A stretch of 64,000 nt of DNA. Source: Podarcis muralis (taxonomy: Eukaryota). The stretch is from positions 82,150,001 to 82,214,000 of the forward strand of contig NC_135655.1 of assembly GCF_964188315.1 (NCBI RefSeq), given 5' to 3'. The stretch's first letter is position 1. Every line of letters starts with the position of its first letter. A program made the position numbers and the translations under genes. Under the pieces are notes generated by a model. The model did no database searches, was not told the DNA's origin, and worked only from the letters and a program-made list of their open reading frames with translations. Positions 37,280-47,705 of the stretch are shown here, in pieces.

Positions 37280-37401
37280 GTAAGAAAAAATATATAGTTG
37301 AAAAGACTGATTCCCTTATTTCTGATAACAAACTATTAAGAATTGTCCCATTCCTCAGTCATCCTCATTTGTTTCTCTTTGATTCTGTCAGGGGAGGAAA
37401 A

Positions 37402-37559
37402 ATGGCTGACAGGAACAGCAGTAGAGTCAAGGTGTTTGTGTTCTCGGAATTCACTGATCGTCCAGAGTTGGCTGCTACCTTGTTTGCATTGTTTCTTGTG
37501 GACTATGGCATTACAATTGTGGGGAATCTCGGGATGCTTTTGTTAATTAGGGCCGATGC
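37402..37559 (+). pseudogene. Type B OR pseudogene B2 (first 53 codons only)
   Basis: [23 protein letters not shown]...LLIRADA, then an abrupt jump to sequence matching the region about 600 bp downstream of the B3 stop. Confidence 0.9.
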
Positions 37560-37742
37560 GAAAAATACGGTAGATCAATCCTCTTTGTTCGGAAGCAGTA
37601 TGCATCAAGGACAAGAAACAGGAAGATGAGCAGCAATATCATTCCCTGTATACAGAAGCATCTCCTAGGGGCCAAGCCATTTTGCCCTCCCGAAATATCT
37701 TTGGGGAGGAGGCCAGGTTCCCAATGTTCAAAGGAGGTACAG

Positions 37743-38757
37743 ATTGGGCAAGAGATGTTGGACACAATATAATGTTTGAAGATTGGGAAAGGTTGTGGAA
37801 GAAAGGGGTTAAGTTTACTGCATGTACGATTTACAGATAGGTAGCCGTGCTGGTCTGCCATAGTCAAAACAAAAAGAAGAAAGCTCATACCAAGAACTAA
37901 CTTAGTTGGTCTTTAAGGTGCTACTGGAAGGAATTTTTTTTGCATGTACGATGTTAAAGGAAAATATAATGAAAATGATGTATAGATGGTACTTAACCCC
38001 AGTGAAACTAGCAAACATCTACCATATGAGTGATAATTTATGTTGGAAATGTAAAGAAAAAGAAGGTATCTTTTACCATATGTGGTAGATGTGTCCAAAG
38101 GTGAAAGACTTCTGGGAAAACATATATAATGAATTGAAAAAAATGTTGAAATATACTTTTATTAAGAAACCAGAAGCCTTTCTACTTGGAATAATAGGTT
38201 TGGAACTGCCCAGAAAAGATGTTAGATTATTTTTGTATGCCACAACTGCAGCAAGAATTTTGTTAGCCAAAAACTGGAAGTCACAAGAGATACCAACAGT
38301 GGAGGAATGGCAGATGAAGATGATGGACTGTTTGGAGCTGGCCGACCTGACTGGAAGAATCCGCGAACAGAAAGAAGAGAAGCATCAAGAAGAATGGAAG
38401 AAATTTAAGGACTATTTGGCTAGATACTCTAACATAATTTAAGTAGAACTACTTGTAAGTACCAAATTGGCCTAGGAATAAAATAGGTGGAACTGAATAA
38501 CATTATGGAGTGAGAACATTATGAAAAGAAAGAAAGATGTTAATGGAATAAGCTAATTGTATTTGAATGTGGATATCGGAAAACTGCTAAAATGATTATT
38601 ATGGAAACATAGTTAGGGGGGATCTGAGGAAGTCACCCAACAATGTTATTTAAATTGGGATTTTAACAGTTAAGTTATATGTTTTGTCTGTCTGTTTTTC
38701 TTTTGTGTTTATTATAAAATTGGAAAACTAATTTTTTTTTGAAAAAAAACAAAAAAA
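37743..38757 (+). mobile_element. 5'-truncated L1-clade LINE
   Basis: [15 protein letters not shown] and PEAFLLG motifs, A-rich tail, TSD CAAAGGAGGTACAG (37729-37742, 38758-38771). Empty site near 43945. Confidence 0.9.
37831..37940. mobile_element. 110-bp insertion inside the L1, resembling Penelope-like element termini
   Basis: 12-bp TSD TGCATGTACGAT (37819-37830, 37941-37952) is seen directly. The Penelope assignment rests on my recollection of lizard Penelope ends, not on a search. Confidence 0.5.
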
Positions 38758-40133
38758 CAAAGGAGGTACAGGAGGCCAAGTGCAGAGCCGAGCATGGCAT
38801 GACTTCAGTGGCTTGTTACCCTTTACCTTCTACTGCTGTGGAGGAGAAGGAGCAGGGAAGCAGCTCCCAGGCAGTTGTGGTGGCAAGAGGAGGAGGAATG
38901 GCCACTGGCCATTGAAGGCGTGTTGCTGCTATGTTCAGCTTCACCTCCTGATTCCTTCCAAAGTGCTGATGTTATGCTCACAATGTTGGCCCCTATTCTC
39001 CCTTGGAAGTTGGCACCTCTATGTGGGGGACAGAATGCTGGGGTGAATGAGCCTTCATCTAATTCCACCCAAAAGTATGCATGACAGCAAACAAACAATT
39101 CATGAAAATATGATCAAGAGTATGATATGAAAAGCATGGATTGCATCCAGTGTCTCTCCTACTTGGAGTAAGCCCATGGATATCAATGGACATTAAGAAT
39201 CTAGGCCTATATATTTCAGTGGGTCTACTCTTGGTATATGTTGGATGGATACCAACCCCATATTACCAATGCTTGAAAGTTTTAATCTCCTTACAGAGTT
39301 CTAATTAGTCCTTAAGGATTTTTTTTTTTGTTTTTTGCTTTTACAATAAGAGGGGTAAACAGTTTTTGGCATGTTGTTCTCATGGCACCAGTGCAATTAA
39401 CAAGGCCCAGGACAGATTATTAAATTGGGAGTCAAAAACATTTTTAATACCAGAAATCTTTTTTCTTCTATGACACAATAAACCTTATGTTGTTATCTGT
39501 TGTTACAGTTATTTTCAGCATTGAAGGTTTTATGAAGGGGACCTTGCTGCCCATACTGTAAGCTCCTGGATTTTGATAAACAGGTTTTTCATGATTTCAA
39601 CCCCCCAAAACCTGTTTGACCTCATGCAATGGTAGGGGAAAAGAAAACTGCACTGCTGAACTAGCACATCTGCTTAACTCACTTTGACATTTTGTCACCT
39701 GGGTGGGGCCAAGATGCTTCATCAGCTGAAGCTCCCTCTAGCGCACAAAGTAGGTTCTCTTTGATAACAGGCTCTAGATGGATATTTGTGGTTAGCTCCT
39801 CTTAGTTACAGCACTAGCCACTGAAATAGGGATGTGAGGCTTATATTCGGAAAGCCCCCTGGGAATGGGGAGTGAAGAATGACTATTGATTAGGTAGTGG
39901 CAATAGTTGCTGAATCAAGTGCCTTCAGTGATAGGCCATTCTTCCTTCCTTCCTGTGAGGGAGTTTTACACAATCTTAGTAATGCTGCTGAAAAAAGATA
40001 AATAGATATTACTTGCTTTATTTTATTTACTTGGAATGACACACTTTTAAAATTGCTTGCTACCATGTAGATTTAAATGGTAACTTGTACTCTAGTTTTG
40101 ATAAAGTAGACAACATTTTAGTGGGCTTTAATT

Positions 40134-41065
40134 TGCACCAGATTGGGGCCACAGCCGAAAAAGCCCTGGCTCTGGTTGAGGCCAGCCTAACCTCCCTGTG
40201 GCCTGGGACCTCCAAGATGTTTTTGTTTGAAGACCGTAAGTTCCTCCGTGGGACATACCAGGAGAGGCAGTCCAGAATGGAAGCCGGATTGGAATGGATC
40301 CAGAACTGATGTTTCATCCAGAAACCCACCAAGCTGTTCATCAACCACACTCTCAATCACCTTACCCAGGAACAAAAGATTCAAAGCCGGGTGGTAATTG
40401 GATAGATTTATTTTTTTTAAAAAAATATTTTTTATTGCTTTGTTTTCCAGGGTCAAAGTACAACGTCAATACATCGTCGATAACACAACAGAAGCTTTTT
40501 TTTTTTTTACAAAATGGAAAAAAACAAAAAAGAATACACTTTTCCAAATCTTTTTTTTCATCATCAACTGGACTTCCCCACATCCTCCATCCCTGCATTC
40601 TTTACAATAAAAATCAACAGCAAATTAATACCTTGTTTCATGTGTTTTTGTATTTTCATCTTAATATTTACTCTAAAAGTTAAGCTTTTCTCAGTCATAA
40701 CTTAGTTTCAATCATTTCCGAATCTCAATACTGAAGCATGTTTTTCTCAGGTAATTGGATAGATTTAAAGGATCTAAAGATGTTTTCTTTAAGAGCAGGC
40801 GCACCACTGCCTCCTTCAATTCCCCTGGGAATGTCCCGGTGCCAAGGGACAAATTGATGATCTCACTGAGGGGGCCCCACACCTTGTCTGGACATGCTCT
40901 AATCAGCCAGGATGGTCATGGGTCAAGAGGGTAGATGGTAGGCTTTCCAGCTCAGAGGAGTCTGTCTACATCGGCTGGGGATATCCAGTCAAAGTGATCC
41001 AATACTGGACCCGAGGACAGTCGAGGGGCCTCCAGTTCCGTTATTGTATCCAAATTGGCAGGGAG
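40134..41065 (-). mobile_element. L2-clade LINE fragment with an internal deletion and a nested L1 tail
   Basis: 40134-40275 is the reverse complement of the L2 near 23170-23330. The rest encodes upstream RT motifs (PSWLIRACPDKV, LSLGTGTFPGELKEAVV, NYHP..NLLFLGKVIE, LDPFQSGF). Confidence 0.8.
40411..40749 (-). mobile_element. Short retroposed insertion (L1-like 3' UTR with poly-A)
   Basis: Poly-T at the left end and an 18-bp TSD GGTAATTGGATAGATTTA (40393-40410, 40750-40767). It splits the L2 reading frame. Confidence 0.8.
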
Positions 41066-41089
41066 GTCAGGGTCCTCACTTGAGTGCCT

Positions 41090-41300
41090 TGATCCAACTT
41101 GACAGGCCTGATATCTTTTACCAGGTGCAAGACCTTGAGAGTTTTCCTCTTCTTGCCTAATCCTAATTAGCCCTTAAGGGGGTTGTTTACCTGAAGGGGA
41201 AACAGTTGTTGTTGGCATCTAGGTCTCATGACACCATCGTATATAACCAGACCCAATGCAAATTATTACACTGGAAGTCAACCATCATAGACCATTTCGT
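41090..41300 (+). promoter_or_regulatory. Conserved upstream block of type B units (candidate promoter or 5' exon region)
   Basis: Block with cctaattagcccttaaggg and attattaaattggaagtcaa recurs near 39280, 41090, 44440, 45940, 49890 and 55900. A CAG/GTAA donor-like site follows near 29416, 35850, 41530, 46388 and 50560. Function is inferred only. Confidence 0.35.
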
Positions 41301-41963
41301 ATTGGATGATGTTGAGCTGTATAGACTATGTCATGCTGTACATGCTGAACTTTTTCTGTCAGTGCAGCAACTTCAGGTCTTCCACTTTGTAGCAATTTCT
41401 GCTCCTTATCAAACAGTGTAAGATGCATTTTATAGGTTCTTGGAGGAATACAGAGTCCACTCTTGAACCTAAGTGGAGCAGTTGTACCAGTAGAAACTTC
41501 CACTGGAGAAAGAAAATAATGATATCCCAGGTAATTTCCTGGTGGCGGGGTAGAAGCTGCTAGAGCAACCTTTTGCTCAGAAGCAGGTTGATCAGTCATC
41601 AGCCAAGTTGGCTACATGTGGGTTAGGGTGTGGGTGTGGCTGAGTCCCACTTTGCCCTTCCTAAAGTTACAAGCTTTTATGTTGTGTAAGGCTATTTATT
41701 GCAACACTATGTCAAGTAATGCAGTGACTCTATTTTATTTCTGAAGCTGGAGAGATGGAAATTCTACAGTACTCATCTACATGAAGTTCTGTTCTCCACT
41801 GATGACCATCCTTTAGTGACAATACTGCCGTCTTCTAGGAATTAAAACCTCTCTCTTTTTAAAAACCCATATAACTGTGAAGGTTGCTCACCTCATTTCA
41901 GATAGAAAACTACTAAGCAGTTTTCCTATTTTGTTTCTCTTTGATTCCATCAGGGGGAAAAAG

Positions 41964-42056
41964 ATGGCCAACAGGAGCAGCAGTAGAGGGAAGGTGTTTG
42001 TGCTCTTGGGATTCAATGATCATCCAGAGTTGGCTGCTATCTTGTTTGCATTGTTT
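41964..42056 (+). pseudogene. Type B OR 5' stub (about 31 codons)
   Basis: [31 protein letters not shown], then a jump to sequence matching the B2 upstream region near 37198. Confidence 0.85.
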
Positions 42057-42253
42057 GTATTAAATCTCATAGTCCTGACATCTTTCAGGGGTTAAAATCT
42101 CTCTGTATGTCTTTTATTTATTTGTAAGAAAATACATATAGTTGAAAAGACTGATTCCCTTATTTCTGATAGCACACTAATAAGAATTGTCCCATTCCTC
42201 ACTCATCCTCATTTGTTTTCCTCGATTCTGTCGGGGGGTGGGTGGGTGGAGAG

Positions 42254-43180
42254 ATGGCTGACAGGAACAGCAGTAGAGTGAAGGTGTTTGTGTTCATGGG
42301 ATTCACTGATCGTCCAGAGTTGGCTGCCACCATGTTTGCATTGTTTCTTGTGAACTATGTCATTACAATTGTGGGGAATCTTGGGATGCTTTTGTTAATT
42401 AGGGCCGATGCTGGCCTTCACACCCCTATGTATTTCTTCCTTAGTAGTTTGTCCTTCTTAGACCTTTGCTATTCAACCACGATCAGTCCCAGGCTGCTGA
42501 TAGACCTTTTAAGGGAAAAGAAAGTGATTACTTATACTGAGTGTCTAGTTCAATTCTATTTCTATGTAACTTTTGCCACCACTGAGTGTTACCTCCTGGC
42601 TGCTATGGCATATGACCGCTACATGGCCATCTGCAACCCACTCACCTACACAATCACCATGTCTCAGAAAGTCTGTGTTTGCCTGGTGGCTGGTTCATAC
42701 ATTGCTGGATCTGTCAATGCTATGATACACACAGGTTGTATAACTCGTTTATCCTTCTGTGGCCCTAATGTCATCGATCATTTTTTTTGTGAAGGTCCCC
42801 CGGTTTTTGAACTTTCCTGTTCTGATACAAGTGTAAATTTGTATGCAATGTTTGCATTTGTGGGCTTTAACCTGTTGGTCACTCATTTGACAGTCCTTAT
42901 CTCTTACTCTTATATTGTTGTCACTATTCTGAGAATCCGTTCAGCTGAGAGTCGGCACAAAGCCTTCTCCACCTGCTCCTCTCACCTGATGGCTGTCATC
43001 ATCCTTTATGGAAGCTTTTTCTTTATGTATCTCCAACCTAGTTCATCAACCAAAGGAAAGAAAGTGGCCTCTTTGTTGTATGCGGTGGTGATACCCATGC
43101 TAAACCCCCTCATCTACAGCTTGAGGAACAAGGAGGTGAAGAGTGCTTTGAGACGGGTAGTGGAGAAGTATATTCGCTAA
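42254..43180 (+). CDS. Olfactory receptor type B3, 308 aa (intact ORF, conserved splice acceptor mutated)
   Basis: All OR motifs present. Upstream reads gattctgtcGGgggg where paralogs have gattctgtcAG or gattccatcAG. Confidence 0.92.
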   Translation: MADRNSSRVKVFVFMGFTDRPELAATMFALFLVNYVITIVGNLGMLLLIRADAGLHTPMYFFLSSLSFLDLCYSTTISPRLLIDLLREKKVITYTECLVQFYFYVTFATTECYLLAAMAYDRYMAICNPLTYTITMSQKVCVCLVAGSYIAGSVNAMIHTGCITRLSFCGPNVIDHFFCEGPPVFELSCSDTSVNLYAMFAFVGFNLLVTHLTVLISYSYIVVTILRIRSAESRHKAFSTCSSHLMAVIILYGSFFFMYLQPSSSTKGKKVASLLYAVVIPMLNPLIYSLRNKEVKSALRRVVEKYIR

Positions 43181-45001
43181 CAATATTAACTATTTGTATA
43201 GTAAGCTTTATATAAATATTGACTGCTGGATGGTTGCAGTTATGTATCTGGCATCTGGTTGAAGTTTGACTGAAACCCGGAAAGCAAAAGGGAAAGGAAG
43301 GAAGGATTACAGTGGGCCAGAAACTGGGCTCCTTTGCAGAAAAATTGCCTGGGCTTCTTTCCAATATGCCATCTGGTCTGATTAAAGAGGCAAAAACATC
43401 TATCCAGTAGAGCCTACAAGTCTCAAGGAATATCCTCTTTGAGTAAGGGAAAAGATAATAGTGGAGTAATATGTTTTAGGATGTGTTAATTTGTTGTCCA
43501 CTTTTAAAGCATAAATTCCGTTAAGTACTGTACATTTGTCATTGAAAAGCAGTATATACTGATTCTAAATAAATGGAAATAAATAACTAGATATTCACAG
43601 TCCTTCACATGCATTCTCTCTGGTATTGTGGAACAATAATGTAAAGTAATGTGGTGTTATTCTCCTAACATTGGGTAAAGTCATGGAGGGTATGTAAACA
43701 CTGGGTAAAGTCAGGTCATGAATAGAGGATAGAAACCCTAATTACTTTTAGCCAGGATAGCTCAATCAATCCTCTTTGTTCAGAAGCAGTATACATCAAG
43801 GACAAGAAACAGGAAGATGTGCAACACTATCATTCCCTGTTAACAGAAGCAGCAGGCTGGCTCATGTGGGAGGGCATCTCCCAGAGGCTGAGCCCCCCCC
43901 CCCCCAATATTTTTAGGGAGGGGGCCAGGTCCCCAATATTCAAAGGGGGTGCAGGAGGCCAAGTGCAGAGCTGAGTGGGACATGATATCAGTGGTTGGCA
44001 CCTTTTCCTTCTACTGCTGTGGAGGAGAAGGAGCAGGGAAGCAGCTCCCAGGCAGTTGTGGTGGCAAGAGGAGGAGGAATGGCCACTGGCCATTGAAGGT
44101 CTGCTGCTGCTATGTTCAGCTTCACCTCCTGATTCCTCCCAATGACCTGATGTTCTGCCCCCATTCTCCCTTGGAACTTGGTACCTCTAAGTGGGAGACA
44201 GAATGCTGGGGTGAATGTGTCTTTATCTAATTAAACCCAAAAGTATGCATGGCAGTACATAAACCATTCATGAAAATATGATCAAGAGTACAAAAGAAAA
44301 GGTGTAGATTGCATCCAGTGTATGTCCTACTTGGAATAAACCCATGGATATCAATGGACATTACGAATCTAGGCCTATATATTTCAGTGGGTCTACTCTT
44401 GGTATATGTTAGATGAATACAACACTATATACCAGTCCTTGAAAGTTTTCATATCCTTACAGAGTCCTTATTAGCCCTTAAGGAGTTTATTTACAATAAA
44501 AGGGGGAAACAGTTTTTGGCATGTTGTTCTCATGGCACCAGTGCATTTAACAAGGCCCAGGACAGATTATTAAATTGGGAGTCAAAAACATTGTTAATAC
44601 CAGAAATCATGTTTCCCCCCCTATGACACAATAAACCTTATGCAGTTTTCTGTTGCAGTTATCCCTGTGAGGGAGTTCTGTTTACACAATCTTAGCAATG
44701 CTACTGAAAAAAGATAAATAGATTTTACTTGCTTATTTTATTTACTGGCAACAACACCCTTTTAAAATTGCCTGCTACCATGTAGATTTACATTGTACCT
44801 TGGACTTGAGTTTTGATAAACTAGCCAACATTTTAGTTGGTTTTAATTTGCACCAAATTGGTCACTGAATGTCATACAAAAACAAAAGTCTCTTGTTTTC
44901 TTATTCAGTTACAAGTGAAAGGAAATCATTTGAAAACTGTAGAATTAGTCTCATTTTAATAACTGAGCTCACAAAAAGAGAATCAGTAGTAACACTGGAT
45001 C

Positions 45002-45860
45002 TCAGTTTAAGATGGAATTCTGCTCCTTGTTCATGAGTTTTCTGAAAGCTTTTGTAATGCCTTTGTTCCTCAGGCTGCAGATCAGAGGACTGCATGAAGA
45101 GCACTAGAGTGTAGAACGCAGACACCTATTTGTCTTGCTCAAAGGCATACACAGAAGAAGGCTTCATGTCAGGGTCCGTGCTGAGGAGGGCTGCACAGAT
45201 GAGGAATGGTGGAAGCCCCCCCCCCCCCCGCTCCTGATCAGGATCCTGAATCTTCCCAGGAGCAGTGGGAAAGTATAGATTTGGAACAGTGGTTCGCAGA
45301 GGGACATAGTTCAGAAGATAAAGGTTGAGAGGAACTGGGTGTGACAGCTAGAAGAAGAAGAACAGGGATAGAGAGAGAGAGTTAACAGACTCTGGTTTGC
45401 TGGAAAGTGTCCAGTTGTCCAGGAGATTAAATAAGGTAGCTACACAAAAGGCACGATGGTTGCAAGATCAGGTTGCAAGCAGCGGAAGTGACTATGGGGG
45501 AAGTGGGTAGAAACCTTAATTGGGAGCACCTTTCCTCTGAGATGGACACATTGTTCTTGAGCTGGGTTCCTTAAAATCTCTTTGAACGATAAGAGACTAT
45601 TTTTGCTTTGTTCGGCTTATCCACAGAAAAAGGGAGGGAGGAAGCTGCTCACCCCAAGCCTGACACTCCATGGGTTCACTCTAAGGACAGATAAGATGTA
45701 AGAGATGAGAATGATGGAGAGGGCAGCAAAGGACTGGGCTGTGCCCCAAGGGAAGGAGATGGTCCTGTTCTCAGATAATAAGACACATGGCATTCTGGGA
45801 GTAATAGTAGATGAACAACAGGTATCGCAGAAGGACAGGTGCCATGGGAAGAAGCACCAC
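45002..45860 (-). pseudogene. Fragmented OR5AR1-like pseudogene
   Basis: 45002-45165 encodes PLICSLRNKGITKAFRKLMNKEQNSILN-stop. 45666-45860 matches pieces of the intact gene near 59690-59750 and 60070-60195. It has internal deletions and a solo-LTR insertion. Confidence 0.8.
45167..45665. mobile_element. Solo LTR
   Basis: TGTCAGG...CCTGACA termini and a 5-bp TSD CTTCA/CTCCA (one mismatch). It interrupts the OR pseudogene. Confidence 0.7.
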
Positions 45861-46803
45861 TCATTCAGAAAGCTATAAACTCCATAGTATCTATAGCATG
45901 TATGGAGCTACTCAGGCACCTCACTTGAGTGCCTTGCTCCATTTTGACAGGCCTGATATTTCTACCAGGTGTAAAACCTTGAAAGCTTTCCTCTTCTTAC
46001 TGAGTCCTAATTAGCCCTTAAGGGGGTTGTTTACAAAAAGAGGAAACAGTTGTTGTTGGCATCTAGGTCTCATGACACCATCGTATATAACTAGACCCAA
46101 TGCAAATTATTAGACTGGAAGTCAACCATCTTAGACCATTTCGTATTGGATGATGTTGAGCTGTATGGACTATGTCCAAAAGTACATGCTGAACTTTTTC
46201 TGTCAATGCAGCAACTTCAGGTCTTCCACTTTGTCTGTAGCAATTCAAGCTAAGAGGATACTTCCTTATCAAACAGTGTAAGATGCATTTTATAGGTTCT
46301 TGGAGGAATACAGTCCACTCTTAAACCTAAATTGGAGCAGTCGCACCAGTAGAAACTTCCACTGGAGAAAGAAAATAATGATATCCCAGGTAATTTCTTG
46401 ATGGCGGGGTAGAAGCTGCTAGAGCAACCTTTTTCTCAGAAGCAGGTTGATCAGTCATCAGCTAAGTTGGCTACATGTGGGTTAGGGTGTGGTTGTGGCT
46501 GAGTCCCACTTTGCCCTTCCTAAAGTTACAAGCTTTTATGTTGTGTAAGGCTATTTATTACAACACTATGTCAAGTAATGTAGTGACTCTGTTTTATTTC
46601 TGAAGCTGGAGAGATGGAAATTCTACACTACTCATCTACATGAAGTTCTGTTCTCCACCGATTACCATCCTTTAATGACAATGCTGTCGTCTTCTAGGGA
46701 TTAAAAACCCATATAACTGTGGAGATTTCTTACCTCATTTCAGACAGAAAACTACTAAGCAGTTTTCCCATTTTGTTTCTCTTTGATTCCATCAGGGGGG
46801 AAA

Positions 46804-47705
46804 ATGCCTGACAGGAACAGCAGTAGAGTGAAGGAGTTTGTCTTCTTGGGATTCACTGACAGTCCAGAGTTGGCTGCCATCTTGTTTGCATTGTTTCTAG
46901 TCAATTATCTCATCACAATTGTGGGGAATTTTGGGATTCTTATGTTAATCAGGGTTGATGCTCGACTTCACACAATTTGTCCTTCTTAGATATTTGCTAT
47001 TCAACCACCATCAGTCCAAGGCTGCTGATGGACCTTTTAAGGGAAAAGAAAGTGATTACTTTCAATGAGTGTCTAGTTCAATTCTATTTCTATGTAACTT
47101 TTGCCACCACTGAGTGTTACCTCCTGGCTGCTATGGCATATGATCGGTACATGGCCATCTGCAACCCACTCACCTACACAATCACCATGTCTCAGAAAGT
47201 TTGTATTTCTCTGGTGGCTGGTTCATATATTGCTGGAACAGTCAATTCTATGATACACACAGGATGTTTGACTCATTTATCCTTTTGTGGTCCTAATGTC
47301 ATTGATCATTTTTTTTGTGAAGGTCCTCCACTCTTTCAGCTTTCATGTTCTGATACCAGCATCAATTTGTATGTGATGTTTGCTTTTGCTGGCTTTAACC
47401 TGATAAGCACCCATTTCACCGTCCTTATCTCTTACACTTACATCTTTGTCACTATTTTGAGAATTCACTCAGCTGAGGGCAGGCACAAAGCCTTCTCCAC
47501 CTGCTCCTCTCACCTGCTGGCTGTCATCATCCTTTATGGAAGCTTGATCTTTATCTACCTCCAACCTAATTCAACAAATGGAGGCAAAGTGACCTCTTTG
47601 TTGTATGCAGTGGTAATTCCCATGCTAAACCCTCTCATTTACAGCTTGAGGAACAAGAAAGTCAAGAGTGCTTTGACACGGGTGATGGAGAAGCATATTG
47701 CCTGA
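46804..47705 (+). pseudogene. Type B OR pseudogene B4 (single 22-bp frameshifting deletion)
   Basis: cttcacac/aatttgtcc at 46973/46974 lacks ccccatgtatttcttccttagt (the PMYFFLS motif). The remainder is open to the normal stop. Confidence 0.93.
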
